The notes beneath the pieces are model-generated. The model saw only the letters and a program-made list of their open reading frames with translations. It did no database searches and was not told the DNA's origin. The translations under genes and the position numbers were made by a program. DNA of 24,401 bases from a virus (Duplodnaviria; Caudoviricetes), in the IMG/VR virus record IMGVR_UViG_3300023218_000014, positions 1 through 24,401 of that record. The stretch is one strand, 5' to 3'. This document shows positions 7,864 through 15,769 of the stretch, piece after piece. Position 1 is the first letter of the stretch. Each line of letters opens with the position of its first letter.

Positions 7864-8655
7864 ATGGCGCTTGCGAACTATGTCTCGACCGAGTTCCGCA
7901 CTCCCAACCGGAGGGGCGGACTGATTCCGCGATTCATCGTGATGCACTACACGGCGTCGCGCAACCACAGAAGCGCCATCAGGGTCTTGACCGATCCGAA
8001 CACCAGCGTCTCGGCCCATTTCGTCGTCAGCCTCGGGGGCGAGGTCTTTAAGCTCGCCGATCTGCACGACGTTACGTGGCACGCCGGCCCGAGCGAGTAT
8101 ATGGGCTTCGAGGGCCTGAACCAATACTCGATCGGGATCGAGATCGTGAACCTGGGTTGGTGCGAGCGAGACGCCGAGGGCCTTATCCGCGATTCGTACG
8201 GCAACGAGGTGGACCCCGGCGAGTTTCCGTATGGCTTCGAGGAAGCGCCTCATCCTCGTGTCGGGAGCGGGACCTACCTGTGGCCGCGCTATACCGACCA
8301 CCAACTGAAGGCCGTCGAGCGCCTGACCCGAGACCTGATTGCCACCTTCCCGAATCTCCTCGCGATCGTGTCTCATGAGGAGATCGACACTCGCGGGTGG
8401 AAGACCGACCCCGGTCCGGCCTTCCCGATGAGGCGGTTCCGCGATCTTTTGCCGAAGCGGGTCAACGCCGTCCGGGTCACGGCTTCTTCGCTGAACGTCA
8501 GGGCGAACCCCAGCCTCGACTCCGCCAAGGTATCGTTCAGCCCACTCCGCCGTGGCGCGGTCGCGGAAGTGCAGGACTCGAGCGGCGAGTGGCTGAAAGT
8601 TCGGGTCGCCGAGGGCACGGGCTGGGTCCACGGTGCTTACACGGAATCGATGTGA
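7864..8655 (+). CDS. Endolysin: N-acetylmuramoyl-L-alanine amidase (Amidase_2) with C-terminal SH3b domain
   Basis: IVMHYT, SAHFVV, WHAG, N.YSIGIE, SHEE and K.DPGPAFP zinc-amidase motifs. C-terminal VTASSLNVRANP...W.KV....GWVHGAY is SH3b-like. Start ATG 7864 after AGGAGG; 263 aa. Confidence 0.92.
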   Translation: MALANYVSTEFRTPNRRGGLIPRFIVMHYTASRNHRSAIRVLTDPNTSVSAHFVVSLGGEVFKLADLHDVTWHAGPSEYMGFEGLNQYSIGIEIVNLGWCERDAEGLIRDSYGNEVDPGEFPYGFEEAPHPRVGSGTYLWPRYTDHQLKAVERLTRDLIATFPNLLAIVSHEEIDTRGWKTDPGPAFPMRRFRDLLPKRVNAVRVTASSLNVRANPSLDSAKVSFSPLRRGAVAEVQDSSGEWLKVRVAEGTGWVHGAYTESM

Positions 8656-8657
8656 TC

Positions 8658-8954
8658 ATGTCCGAGATGCCCGGATCTTGGATCATCCGCAGGCGGTTCA
8701 TGTTCGCCGTTGCGGCTTTCTGCATGGCCTCGATCGCGTACATCGTCGCGGCCGAATTGGACAGTCGTGTCGCCGAAACGGTCGTCACGATGGCGTTCAC
8801 AACCCTGATGGGCATCGTGGGGTCGTACGTGTTCGGCGCCTGTTGGGATGACCTCAACGCTCGCAAGTTTGGAGCAACATCATGGCAATCTTCGGGACGA
8901 TCTTCTCGTGGGCAATCGGTCGCATCCCAGGCCGGCACATCGCCGCAGGGTTGA
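8658..8954 (+). CDS. Putative holin (two transmembrane segments)
   Basis: SWIIRRRFMF followed by two hydrophobic segments and GSYVFGACWDD; lies directly after the endolysin. The start could alternatively be GTG 8652. Confidence 0.7.
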   Translation: MSEMPGSWIIRRRFMFAVAAFCMASIAYIVAAELDSRVAETVVTMAFTTLMGIVGSYVFGACWDDLNARKFGATSWQSSGRSSRGQSVASQAGTSPQG

Positions 8955-9343
8955 TCGGCCTCGCGGCTTTCGCTATACTGTTCGGCGCGTATTGGCACTA
9001 CCAGAATACGCTCGAACTGGCGCGTCAACTTGAGGCCGAGAACCGCACTCTCGAATCTGCGGTTCAGGAACAGGAGGAATCGATTCGACGGGTCATGCGA
9101 TCCGTCGGAGAGTGGCAGTCCAAGGTCAACTCCCTAGAGGCCAGGATGGTCGAAGTCGAAAGGGTGCGGAATGAGGCGAGAAAACACATCGAGGAACTGT
9201 CCCGCGTACTCGCCGAGCACGACCTCGGCGACCTTGCGCGGTCCCGTCCTGGCCTTATTGAGCGGCGCGTTAATAGCGGGACTCTTGATACTCTCAGGGT
9301 GCTCCGCGAACAGAGCGCCCCTGGAGGTCACGAAAGTCCATGA
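8882..9343 (+). CDS. Rz: i-spanin (Rz-like)
   Basis: Single N-terminal transmembrane segment followed by a long coiled coil; overlapped at its 3' end by a lipoprotein ORF. Confidence 0.8.
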   Translation: MAIFGTIFSWAIGRIPGRHIAAGLIGLAAFAILFGAYWHYQNTLELARQLEAENRTLESAVQEQEESIRRVMRSVGEWQSKVNSLEARMVEVERVRNEARKHIEELSRVLAEHDLGDLARSRPGLIERRVNSGTLDTLRVLREQSAPGGHESP

Positions 9344-9599
9344 GTCGGTTCCGAGCCCTACTGTCAGTCCGTTGCCCGATCCGGACGCCATCCAGACATT
9401 CGAGTTCGAGTGGCACGTCGTGACTCCCGACCAACTCCCCGAGGGAGATTGGGTCTTGTTCTCGCTTACGCCGAAGGGCTATGAAAATCTCTCGCTCACG
9501 TTCGCCGACACGCTACGTTGGATCAGAGAGGCGCGCCACCGTCTTGACTACTATAGGGAGAACCTTAACGATCCTGAACAGGAGCAACCCGATGGATGA
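9171..9599 (+). CDS. Rz1: o-spanin (Rz1-like) outer-membrane lipoprotein
   Basis: In the +1 frame overlapping Rz. Hydrophobic stretch ending in lipobox LSG-C (Cys codon 9300-9302), then a Pro-rich region. The start may be TTG 9234 rather than ATG 9171. Confidence 0.8.
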   Translation: MRRENTSRNCPAYSPSTTSATLRGPVLALLSGALIAGLLILSGCSANRAPLEVTKVHESVPSPTVSPLPDPDAIQTFEFEWHVVTPDQLPEGDWVLFSLTPKGYENLSLTFADTLRWIREARHRLDYYRENLNDPEQEQPDG

Positions 9600-9906
9600 T
9601 ACAGCGAGGGCACTGGTGCGAGAAATCTCAGAGCAGACGGCCGAGCAGACGGTCAAGCGCACCCTGACGGCCCTCGGGGTCGATCACGATAATCCGCTTG
9701 AGGTGCAGCGGGACTTGGCGTCCTTGAGGGAAATCCGCGAGATCCTGACCGATCAGGAGTTCAAGCAGGATATGATCTACATCCGTCGGTCCCGGAAACT
9801 GTTCGAATCAATCCAGGTTCGGCTCATCATCGTGTTCGTCGGCCTCCTGGCCACAGGCGGTGCCGGATTGATCGGCTTTGCGGCGTTCAAGACCCTCTGG
9901 AGCTAG
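9592..9906 (+). CDS. Hypothetical membrane protein (C-terminal TM), last gene of the lysis cassette
   Basis: ATG 9592 after AGGAG; 104 aa; helical N-terminus and hydrophobic C-terminus LIIVFVGLLATGGAGLIGFAAF. Confidence 0.7.
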   Translation: MDDTARALVREISEQTAEQTVKRTLTALGVDHDNPLEVQRDLASLREIREILTDQEFKQDMIYIRRSRKLFESIQVRLIIVFVGLLATGGAGLIGFAAFKTLWS

Positions 9907-9907
9907 T

Positions 9908-10204
9908 CTACCGTTCGCACAGCGTCCCAGCAGCCCAGCGGGCCGCCTCTTGGACGACCTCGCCATGGCAACGCTTCGGCGCGCAGTAGCATACCAGATC
10001 CCGGCCCTCCAGGTCGGCGAGATACCGGAGCGAGATCCGACCGCGCCTTATCTGATCCCACAGCCATTCCCGGTATAGCGAAATTGCCTGTTCGCGGGTG
10101 CGCCTAGCGTTGTGGCCGAACGGATTCCCCAGTATGGAGGGGCGGCCTATAAAGACCGCCCCGTCCGGTACGCCTTCCGGCAGGTCCTTTAGATTCAGGA
10201 TCAT
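9908..10204 (-). CDS. DUF4326 domain protein
   Basis: VFIGRPSILGNPF, YREWL and L.GRDLVCYCAPKRCHGEV motifs. Confidence 0.88.
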   Translation of the reverse strand: MILNLKDLPEGVPDGAVFIGRPSILGNPFGHNARRTREQAISLYREWLWDQIRRGRISLRYLADLEGRDLVCYCAPKRCHGEVVQEAARWAAGTLCER

Positions 10205-10395
10205 TGAAGCAAAGCTGCCGCGATGTCGAGGTCTGAGTCTTCCTGTTCGAGGAGGTATTCGGTCATCTCGACGATCTGTTGCTCGTCGCTCGCCTCGACC
10301 TCCCGAACCGCATCCTGATCGCTGGCGTCATCGCGTACCCGAACTTCCACGACATGCGTAGCCGTCGTGGTGACGACCAGTTTGACAGTCCTCAT
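10201..10395 (-). CDS. Small acidic hypothetical protein (64 aa)
   Basis: MRTVKLVVTTTATHVVEV...; ATG overlaps the upstream TGA and the stop overlaps the DUF4326 start (coupled at both ends). Confidence 0.65.
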   Translation of the reverse strand: MRTVKLVVTTTATHVVEVRVRDDASDQDAVREVEASDEQQIVEMTEYLLEQEDSDLDIAAALLQ

Positions 10396-10697
10396 CAGCG
10401 CCTCGTGATCGACACGAGACCGCGATCGAACCCGCCGTACTGACGGCGGCATTCCTTCACCGCGTCCAGGATGTCCTCGCGGTCCGCGCCCTGGATCTCG
10501 GCCATCTTGAACACCAGTTCGATCATGTCGGCATAGTGGTACGGGTCCGGGAACATCGTACTGGTGTCGAACACCCTGGCGATCATCTTGTTCTGGACCG
10601 CCAACAGGTGACCCGCCCGGCTGTTGACCGGGTGGGCTTGTTCGCTTCCGGGGTCGTGGTCCCGGATCAGTTCCGCACTCTGGACAGCTTCGGTCAT
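10395..10697 (-). CDS. MazG-like all-alpha NTP pyrophosphatase fold protein, apparently degenerate
   Basis: ELIRD, YADMIELVFKMAEIQG and RRQYGGFDRGLV align by eye with the KLVRD / ELADLLEV...G / KR..RGGF pattern of house-cleaning pyrophosphatases. AGGAG RBS. Confidence 0.55.
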   Translation of the reverse strand: MTEAVQSAELIRDHDPGSEQAHPVNSRAGHLLAVQNKMIARVFDTSTMFPDPYHYADMIELVFKMAEIQGADREDILDAVKECRRQYGGFDRGLVSITRR

Positions 10698-10705
10698 CGT
10701 TGCTC

Positions 10706-12673
10706 CTAGAAGGTACAGGCGCCTGACGAACAGGCAAACTCTTTCGACGAGGCCGTGTTGTCCTGGGATTCATATTCCGAGATTCCGGTCCAGTCAATGG
10801 AGTCAGGCGAGGAAGATACACCTTTCTGGTATTCGTCCTCGTAGATCTCCTCGAACGGCGCCTGTGAGTACGAACCGTTGTCGAAGGGCAGGAACGAGAT
10901 CCCCGAAATGTCGTCGAAATGGTCCCAGACCCACGCGCCGACGGACGGCCACTCGTGCTCCTTCACGTAGACCGTGATCGAGGGCTTGTGCTCACACCAG
11001 TTGTCTTGAAAGAGCTTCCAGTGCCGGAGTTGTGAGAGCGCGCTTTGGTCGTGGCGAGTGATGGAACAAGGCGGTGTCTTTTCGTAGAACCGGAACAGGA
11101 CATTCGACTCCGGCTTGCGCTGACACTCCTCGAACGGCACGCCCGCGTCGATCATGAACGCCGTCATCGGGTCGGTCCGGTCCTGGGTGACGCGCCGGAT
11201 GAATCGGTCGGCGTACCGGGGGTGAATCCCCGAGGCGGACCCGACCAGAAGCGCGGCCGTCCCGCTGGGCTTCACGCACGTCGTGGCGGCCGATCTCGCG
11301 ATCCCGAGGGCGTCGGCCCACTTGTGGTTCGTCCGGTTCACAACGTCGCGCAGCGCCCGCAGGATACCGCCTGTCGTGGCCTCGTCGAAGCTGCCGTTCA
11401 GGAGCGGACAGTCCATAATGCCGGTGATCGACACACCCAGGAGTCGCTCCTCCTCACAGTTCTGACGCCAGCGGTCGTTGACGTACCGGAAATTCGTGAG
11501 AGTCGACTGCACGGTGCCGAGGAAAGAGGCCAAGACCGCCTTCGCCTCCAGCGTCTTGTAGGTATCGTGCGGACGGGCCACGATCTCGGTCAGGTTACAG
11601 AACTCATATGGCCGAAGCAGAATCTCGCTACAGGGATTGCAGCCGAAGTCGATCGGGTGATGGAACAGACCCTCCTGAACGCCGGCCCCACCGAGATTCT
11701 GATCCCAGTAAACGCGGCGCCTACCTGACTTCGCGGCCTGCCGGACGGCGGCCTCCCGATTGAAAATGCCGCGCTCGCCGGATTTCGAGTTGTAGAGCGA
11801 CATCCACTCTTCCATGAACTGACCAACCTCGGGGCGTTCCGTATAGGCCACGCTGTTGTTCGCCAGAGCCCGCCAGGGGGTAGTGGTCCACCACTCGCCC
11901 GACTTGGCGTCCCGCATACGGCGATCCGACAGATTCGACAGGCTGATAAGCGACGACCGCCTCACACCCCCGACGACCACGCACTCGCCGATCTGACACA
12001 TGATGTCGTGGCACTCGATGCTGGTCAGCTTCCGGCCTGCCGCGTTGGTCACGACCTTGACCACGAACCGGAAAAGGTCCTCAAGCGGCTCCGGACCGGA
12101 CGAACGGCCACCCATGGTCTTGAGCCGCGAACCCTTGGGTCTCAGGAGAGACGTATCCCAGGTCGGCACCCGGCCGGCGAATAGCTCGCGCAGCACGAGT
12201 CGCAGCGCCTCGGCCCAACCGATCTTCGAGTCCTCGACCACGATGGGTCGGGAGGACTTCTCGTGCCGTGGCGCCACCTCGGGCAGGCGATTGACGTACT
12301 GCCGCTCAACCGAGTAGCCGACACCTGATCCGCACATCAGCACATAGAGAGTTTCGTCGAACGCTTCGAGCCGGTCCACCGGCAAGTAGGAACAGTTGAA
12401 TCCCGCCACGTTGTCACGGGCCAGGGCCGGGCCGGCGGTCATGAGACACCGCATGGCCGGCATGACATCGAGGTTCAGGATCGCGTCAGTGACGTGCTCG
12501 TTCAGATATTCGGCCGCCCCCGAGTCCGGGTAGTCGGTGATCAGGTGATTGATGAAGAACTGGATATACCGCTCGACAGTTTCGGACCAGATCTCCCTAC
12601 GCCCGAGCGAGTCATCCCACCGGGAATACTTGCTCAAATGGATGTAGTTCTGCATGGGCGTGGGTAGCTGCAT
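10706..12673 (-). CDS. nrdJ: Class II (adenosylcobalamin-dependent) ribonucleotide reductase, monomeric RTPR type
   Basis: MPAMR, FNCSY, VVGGVRRSS, NPCSEI, FCNL, TTCVKPSGT, EHKPSITV and C-terminal CSSGAC. No small-subunit gene nearby; 655 aa. Confidence 0.92.
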   Translation of the reverse strand: MQLPTPMQNYIHLSKYSRWDDSLGRREIWSETVERYIQFFINHLITDYPDSGAAEYLNEHVTDAILNLDVMPAMRCLMTAGPALARDNVAGFNCSYLPVDRLEAFDETLYVLMCGSGVGYSVERQYVNRLPEVAPRHEKSSRPIVVEDSKIGWAEALRLVLRELFAGRVPTWDTSLLRPKGSRLKTMGGRSSGPEPLEDLFRFVVKVVTNAAGRKLTSIECHDIMCQIGECVVVGGVRRSSLISLSNLSDRRMRDAKSGEWWTTTPWRALANNSVAYTERPEVGQFMEEWMSLYNSKSGERGIFNREAAVRQAAKSGRRRVYWDQNLGGAGVQEGLFHHPIDFGCNPCSEILLRPYEFCNLTEIVARPHDTYKTLEAKAVLASFLGTVQSTLTNFRYVNDRWRQNCEEERLLGVSITGIMDCPLLNGSFDEATTGGILRALRDVVNRTNHKWADALGIARSAATTCVKPSGTAALLVGSASGIHPRYADRFIRRVTQDRTDPMTAFMIDAGVPFEECQRKPESNVLFRFYEKTPPCSITRHDQSALSQLRHWKLFQDNWCEHKPSITVYVKEHEWPSVGAWVWDHFDDISGISFLPFDNGSYSQAPFEEIYEDEYQKGVSSSPDSIDWTGISEYESQDNTASSKEFACSSGACTF

Positions 12674-12684
12674 CTGGATTCCTC

Positions 12685-12732
12685 CTGCTAGATGTAGTGA
12701 TGAAAAGCGAAGGGCGGCACTATAGCGAGTAG
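12685..12732. promoter_or_regulatory. Tandem NrdR-box-like sites upstream of nrdJ
   Basis: Minus-strand tcaCtAcATcTaGcag (12685-12700) matches all strongly conserved positions of acaCwAtATaTwGtg. A weaker gcaCtAtAgcgaGtag lies 32 bp away (12717-12732). Confidence 0.55.
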
Positions 12733-12742
12733 CCGCCCTTCG
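12703..12742 (-). terminator. Intrinsic terminator-like hairpin between the DUF5664 gene and nrdJ
   Basis: Perfect 11-bp inverted repeat cgaagggcggc (12708-12718) / gccgcccttcg (12732-12742), followed by CTTTT on the minus strand. Confidence 0.6.
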
Positions 12743-12747
12743 GACAA
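12719..12747 (-). promoter_or_regulatory. sigma70-like promoter for nrdJ
   Basis: Minus strand: TTGTCC, 17 bp spacer, TATAGT. Confidence 0.6.
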
Positions 12748-12770
12748 GGGGAGAATTTTGGTTTCTGGAC

Positions 12771-13400
12771 CTATTTTCGCTTGACAGCGGGTTCGCGGTG
12801 AACCGGGTCCCCGATGGTCCAGTGCTTCGGATCGCGGTCGGCGTACAGTTCTTTTAACCTCGCGACCGTGTCCGCATGGCGGCGGAGCATGTCGCCGACG
12901 GGCGCCTCGGGCGGCCGGTCGTCAACCAGACACCCGACCTCCATCGAGTCGATCAAGATCGCGAGGCACGCCATCGCGTTATAGAGATGATGCACGCCCG
13001 AGATCGGATCGCAGTCTTCGCCGTTCTTCCACGACTTGACGTGGCGATCAAGGGCGCTCAGGTACGTCGAGGCCCGCACGCCAGTGCCGCGCCAGTTATA
13101 GGCACCGTACTTCGCCGCGCCTTCCGCGAACGCTATGGCGCCGGCCACGATGGCGGTATCGGGAAACAGGCCCAACGGGATCTTGGCGTCGCCATAAGCC
13201 TGCTTCGGGTTCGTGTCCTTCGAGCCCTGGTCGAAGTGCTCCTCGCTCAGGGTCGGGCCTCCCCGGAGCGGGGTGAAAACTCGGCCGGTGCCGTCCGGTC
13301 CGGGACCGAAGTGCTCGAACGGAACAGGCTGATCGTCGAGATAAGACAGATCCCATCCGGGGGCCGCCTTGTCGGTCATGCCGATTCCTTCCTCGTCCAT
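12771..13400 (-). CDS. DUF5664 dATP/dGTP diphosphohydrolase-domain protein
   Basis: NPKQAYGDAKIPLGLFP, EGAAKYGAYNWR, Y.SALDRH..W..GEDCDPISGVHHL..A.ACLAIL and DDRP motifs; GAGGAGG RBS. Confidence 0.85.
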   Translation of the reverse strand: MDEEGIGMTDKAAPGWDLSYLDDQPVPFEHFGPGPDGTGRVFTPLRGGPTLSEEHFDQGSKDTNPKQAYGDAKIPLGLFPDTAIVAGAIAFAEGAAKYGAYNWRGTGVRASTYLSALDRHVKSWKNGEDCDPISGVHHLYNAMACLAILIDSMEVGCLVDDRPPEAPVGDMLRRHADTVARLKELYADRDPKHWTIGDPVHREPAVKRK

Positions 13401-13410
13401 ACTGACCTCC

Positions 13411-14058
13411 TCAGTCCAAGAATCGCGATAACGTGCTGTAGAACATCAGGAACGTTGCCCTCGCCTCCTGGTGGCTCATCCCGACCTGATAGGCTTCGAG
13501 GCCAAGGCCGGCATTATCCGGGCCGCCGAGGCCGTCGAGATCATGCTGCCAGATGTTCTGAGTACGGGACATAAGAAGCCGACGCTCATCAAGGGTGATG
13601 AGCCTATCGAGATGCCTGACTTCCGGCAGTTCCCGGATCTCGAACCCGAGCGCATCCGAGATGGCCCGGACGACGCGACGGTCGAACATCTTGAAGGCGG
13701 GGAATACCCGCTTGGCCGGATACGAATGATCGCCCACATAGGCTTCGTGGGCGTCATGAAGGAGGCACTGCATCGCGATCTCGGGGCCGAGGCCCGTCCG
13801 GTAGGCGTAGCGGGCCATGTGCAGACTGTGCTCCGCGACGCTGTAGAACTCAGCGCAATGGCCGGTGTAGCGACAGATCTTCGAGAGCGAAGTCGCGATG
13901 TCGTCGATCGTGATCGCGCCGGGGTCAGGATCTCGCAGCCAGAATCGACGACCCGACGCGGTTTCGATGAAGTAGTCCTCGGCCGGAATCCGGAGGACCC
14001 AAGGCAGGGCCTCGGCGATATGCCGCGCTCGCTTTAGCGCAGCTTTCAGCTTCGTCAT
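13411..14058 (-). CDS. HD-superfamily 5'-deoxynucleotidase (YfdR/YfbR-like)
   Basis: T.SGRRF, DIA.SLS..CRYTGH, YSVAEHS, LLHDAHEAYVGD and a downstream D....ERR.L motif. Confidence 0.88.
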   Translation of the reverse strand: MTKLKAALKRARHIAEALPWVLRIPAEDYFIETASGRRFWLRDPDPGAITIDDIATSLSKICRYTGHCAEFYSVAEHSLHMARYAYRTGLGPEIAMQCLLHDAHEAYVGDHSYPAKRVFPAFKMFDRRVVRAISDALGFEIRELPEVRHLDRLITLDERRLLMSRTQNIWQHDLDGLGGPDNAGLGLEAYQVGMSHQEARATFLMFYSTLSRFLD

Positions 14059-14071
14059 AATCGTCTTCCCC

Positions 14072-15769
14072 TCAAGGGTTAGAGCGGGCTCGCCATTTGC
14101 CGTTCCACATGGTCACGAGCGCACGCTTGCCGTTCGGGTAGATGACGCAATGCGTGTGCGACCATGCCGAGGGTCCGTGAGCCCAATCCGGAGCCAACCG
14201 GCAACTCACGCCTACGACGTAGACGCCTTCGTGGATTTCCGCAACGTGTTTGTCCGCGATAACGGCCTTCCGGCCCATGCGGGCGAGATTGCGAGCCGAT
14301 CCGCGTGAGCCATGCGGACCCCGGTCGCCGTGCAGACCGCACTCGATACCGCCGGACTGAGGACATACGACGAAACTGGCGTCCTCGGGCAGGAATTGGC
14401 AGCCCAAATCGCCTTCCTGTCCTAGGACTTCGTGGACCGCTTCCCTGAGATGCTGAACATCCCGACCCTCACGGATGGCGCGGTACACCCGGCCCTGCAT
14501 CCTGATCCAGAACTCGGCGTTGACCGGATCGTTTAGGCCATTCTGTTCCTGGAGCCACCGCGCCATATGGCGATGATGGTTCGAGTCGACCACGACAGAC
14601 GTGAGCCAGGGCCTTTGGGCGAACCGGAGGAAGTCCACGACGCCTTGTATTTCCTGTTCGGCCGAGTTCTGGTTATCCACGAGCCGCTGGAACATCTTGT
14701 GCGGGTTCTTGATCTCGTGGTGTGACCTCACACGCCAGTCCAGGACATCATGGAGGAACTGATATTTCGGCCTGAGCCGATCCAGCATACCGCCCTGGCC
14801 CCAGGCGAGGTCGAAGATATCCTGATCGCCGTTCGCGACATGCACGTCACCCCACACGATAGCCTCGATCCCGTGGCCGTCCTCGACCTTGCCGTCCTGT
14901 ACCCTGACATCGAGGTCGTGGATCGTGCCGTTCGAGTCGCCGATGACCTGTCGGCAGAACCAATCGCCGTCGGGGTCCACCTCGACCAAGAGCGCGCCGT
15001 AGCTGTGATGAAAGTCAGCCTTGAGGCCCGTCTTGCGCTGGATATAGTTGCGCTTCGTCACGGTCCCGGTCGTGTAGTTGAACTTCGCGGGCTCGCCTAG
15101 CAGACTCGGGACACTGTTGAGCGCCAACTTATTGTGCGGGAAGATGGCGGACTGCCGGCCGGTGTAGACCTCAAGACCAGACAGCGGGTTGACGGCCGTG
15201 GGCAGGATATTCATCTCGCCGCACCACAGGAGACCCGGCGCGACCTGTGCCCGGTGATCAGAGAAGTAGGGCTTCAGCCGTTCGTCCCACCACAGATCCT
15301 CGGCGCCGTAAAGCTCTTCCTTCTTGGTCACCTGGGCCTTATCACCCCTGGCGCCCAACCCGGTCTTGATGTAGGTCGTACGCGCGACATGGATGTCCGC
15401 CTCATAGTACGCCGCCAGCGCGTTGAGGTTCCGCCACAACGGCTCGTGGATCTCGGTGTTGTTCTGCGCGACCGTGAAGAGATGACGTCGCACTCCCCGG
15501 CGCGGTACTCCGAACTCCTCGGGCTGTATCGGATTGACCCAGCCCTCCGCCACCGGCTTCGGCGGATCGTCCTGGTGGGGCTGGGGCTTGAAATGGGTCT
15601 TGCGCTTGCACCCGACAGTCTGTTTCGGGACCAGACCTTCCTGGACGGCCCTATGGTACGCCTGACGGGCGGCCCAATAGGTGATCTTGAGGTTCCGGCT
15701 GACAGCCTTGACGCTACCGTATTGGTCGAAAGCGTCCTTGAACTCCTGGGTCGTGAGGGTATTGCTCAT
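14072..15769 (-). CDS. T5 A1-like protein with a C-terminal metallophosphoesterase domain
   Basis: TVAQNNT, ILPTAVNPLSG and TTGTVTKRNYIQRKTG.KA.FHH motifs, plus calcineurin-like motifs GDVH, HDVLD, SNHH and HGD; 565 aa. The A1 assignment is from recall of the family. Confidence 0.65.
   Translation of the reverse strand: MSNTLTTQEFKDAFDQYGSVKAVSRNLKITYWAARQAYHRAVQEGLVPKQTVGCKRKTHFKPQPHQDDPPKPVAEGWVNPIQPEEFGVPRRGVRRHLFTVAQNNTEIHEPLWRNLNALAAYYEADIHVARTTYIKTGLGARGDKAQVTKKEELYGAEDLWWDERLKPYFSDHRAQVAPGLLWCGEMNILPTAVNPLSGLEVYTGRQSAIFPHNKLALNSVPSLLGEPAKFNYTTGTVTKRNYIQRKTGLKADFHHSYGALLVEVDPDGDWFCRQVIGDSNGTIHDLDVRVQDGKVEDGHGIEAIVWGDVHVANGDQDIFDLAWGQGGMLDRLRPKYQFLHDVLDWRVRSHHEIKNPHKMFQRLVDNQNSAEQEIQGVVDFLRFAQRPWLTSVVVDSNHHRHMARWLQEQNGLNDPVNAEFWIRMQGRVYRAIREGRDVQHLREAVHEVLGQEGDLGCQFLPEDASFVVCPQSGGIECGLHGDRGPHGSRGSARNLARMGRKAVIADKHVAEIHEGVYVVGVSCRLAPDWAHGPSAWSHTHCVIYPNGKRALVTMWNGKWRARSNP

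Noticed and set aside
7708-8631. 307-aa antisense ORF opposite the endolysin
   Set aside because: A shadow ORF expected from GC-rich codon bias; no recognisable motifs.
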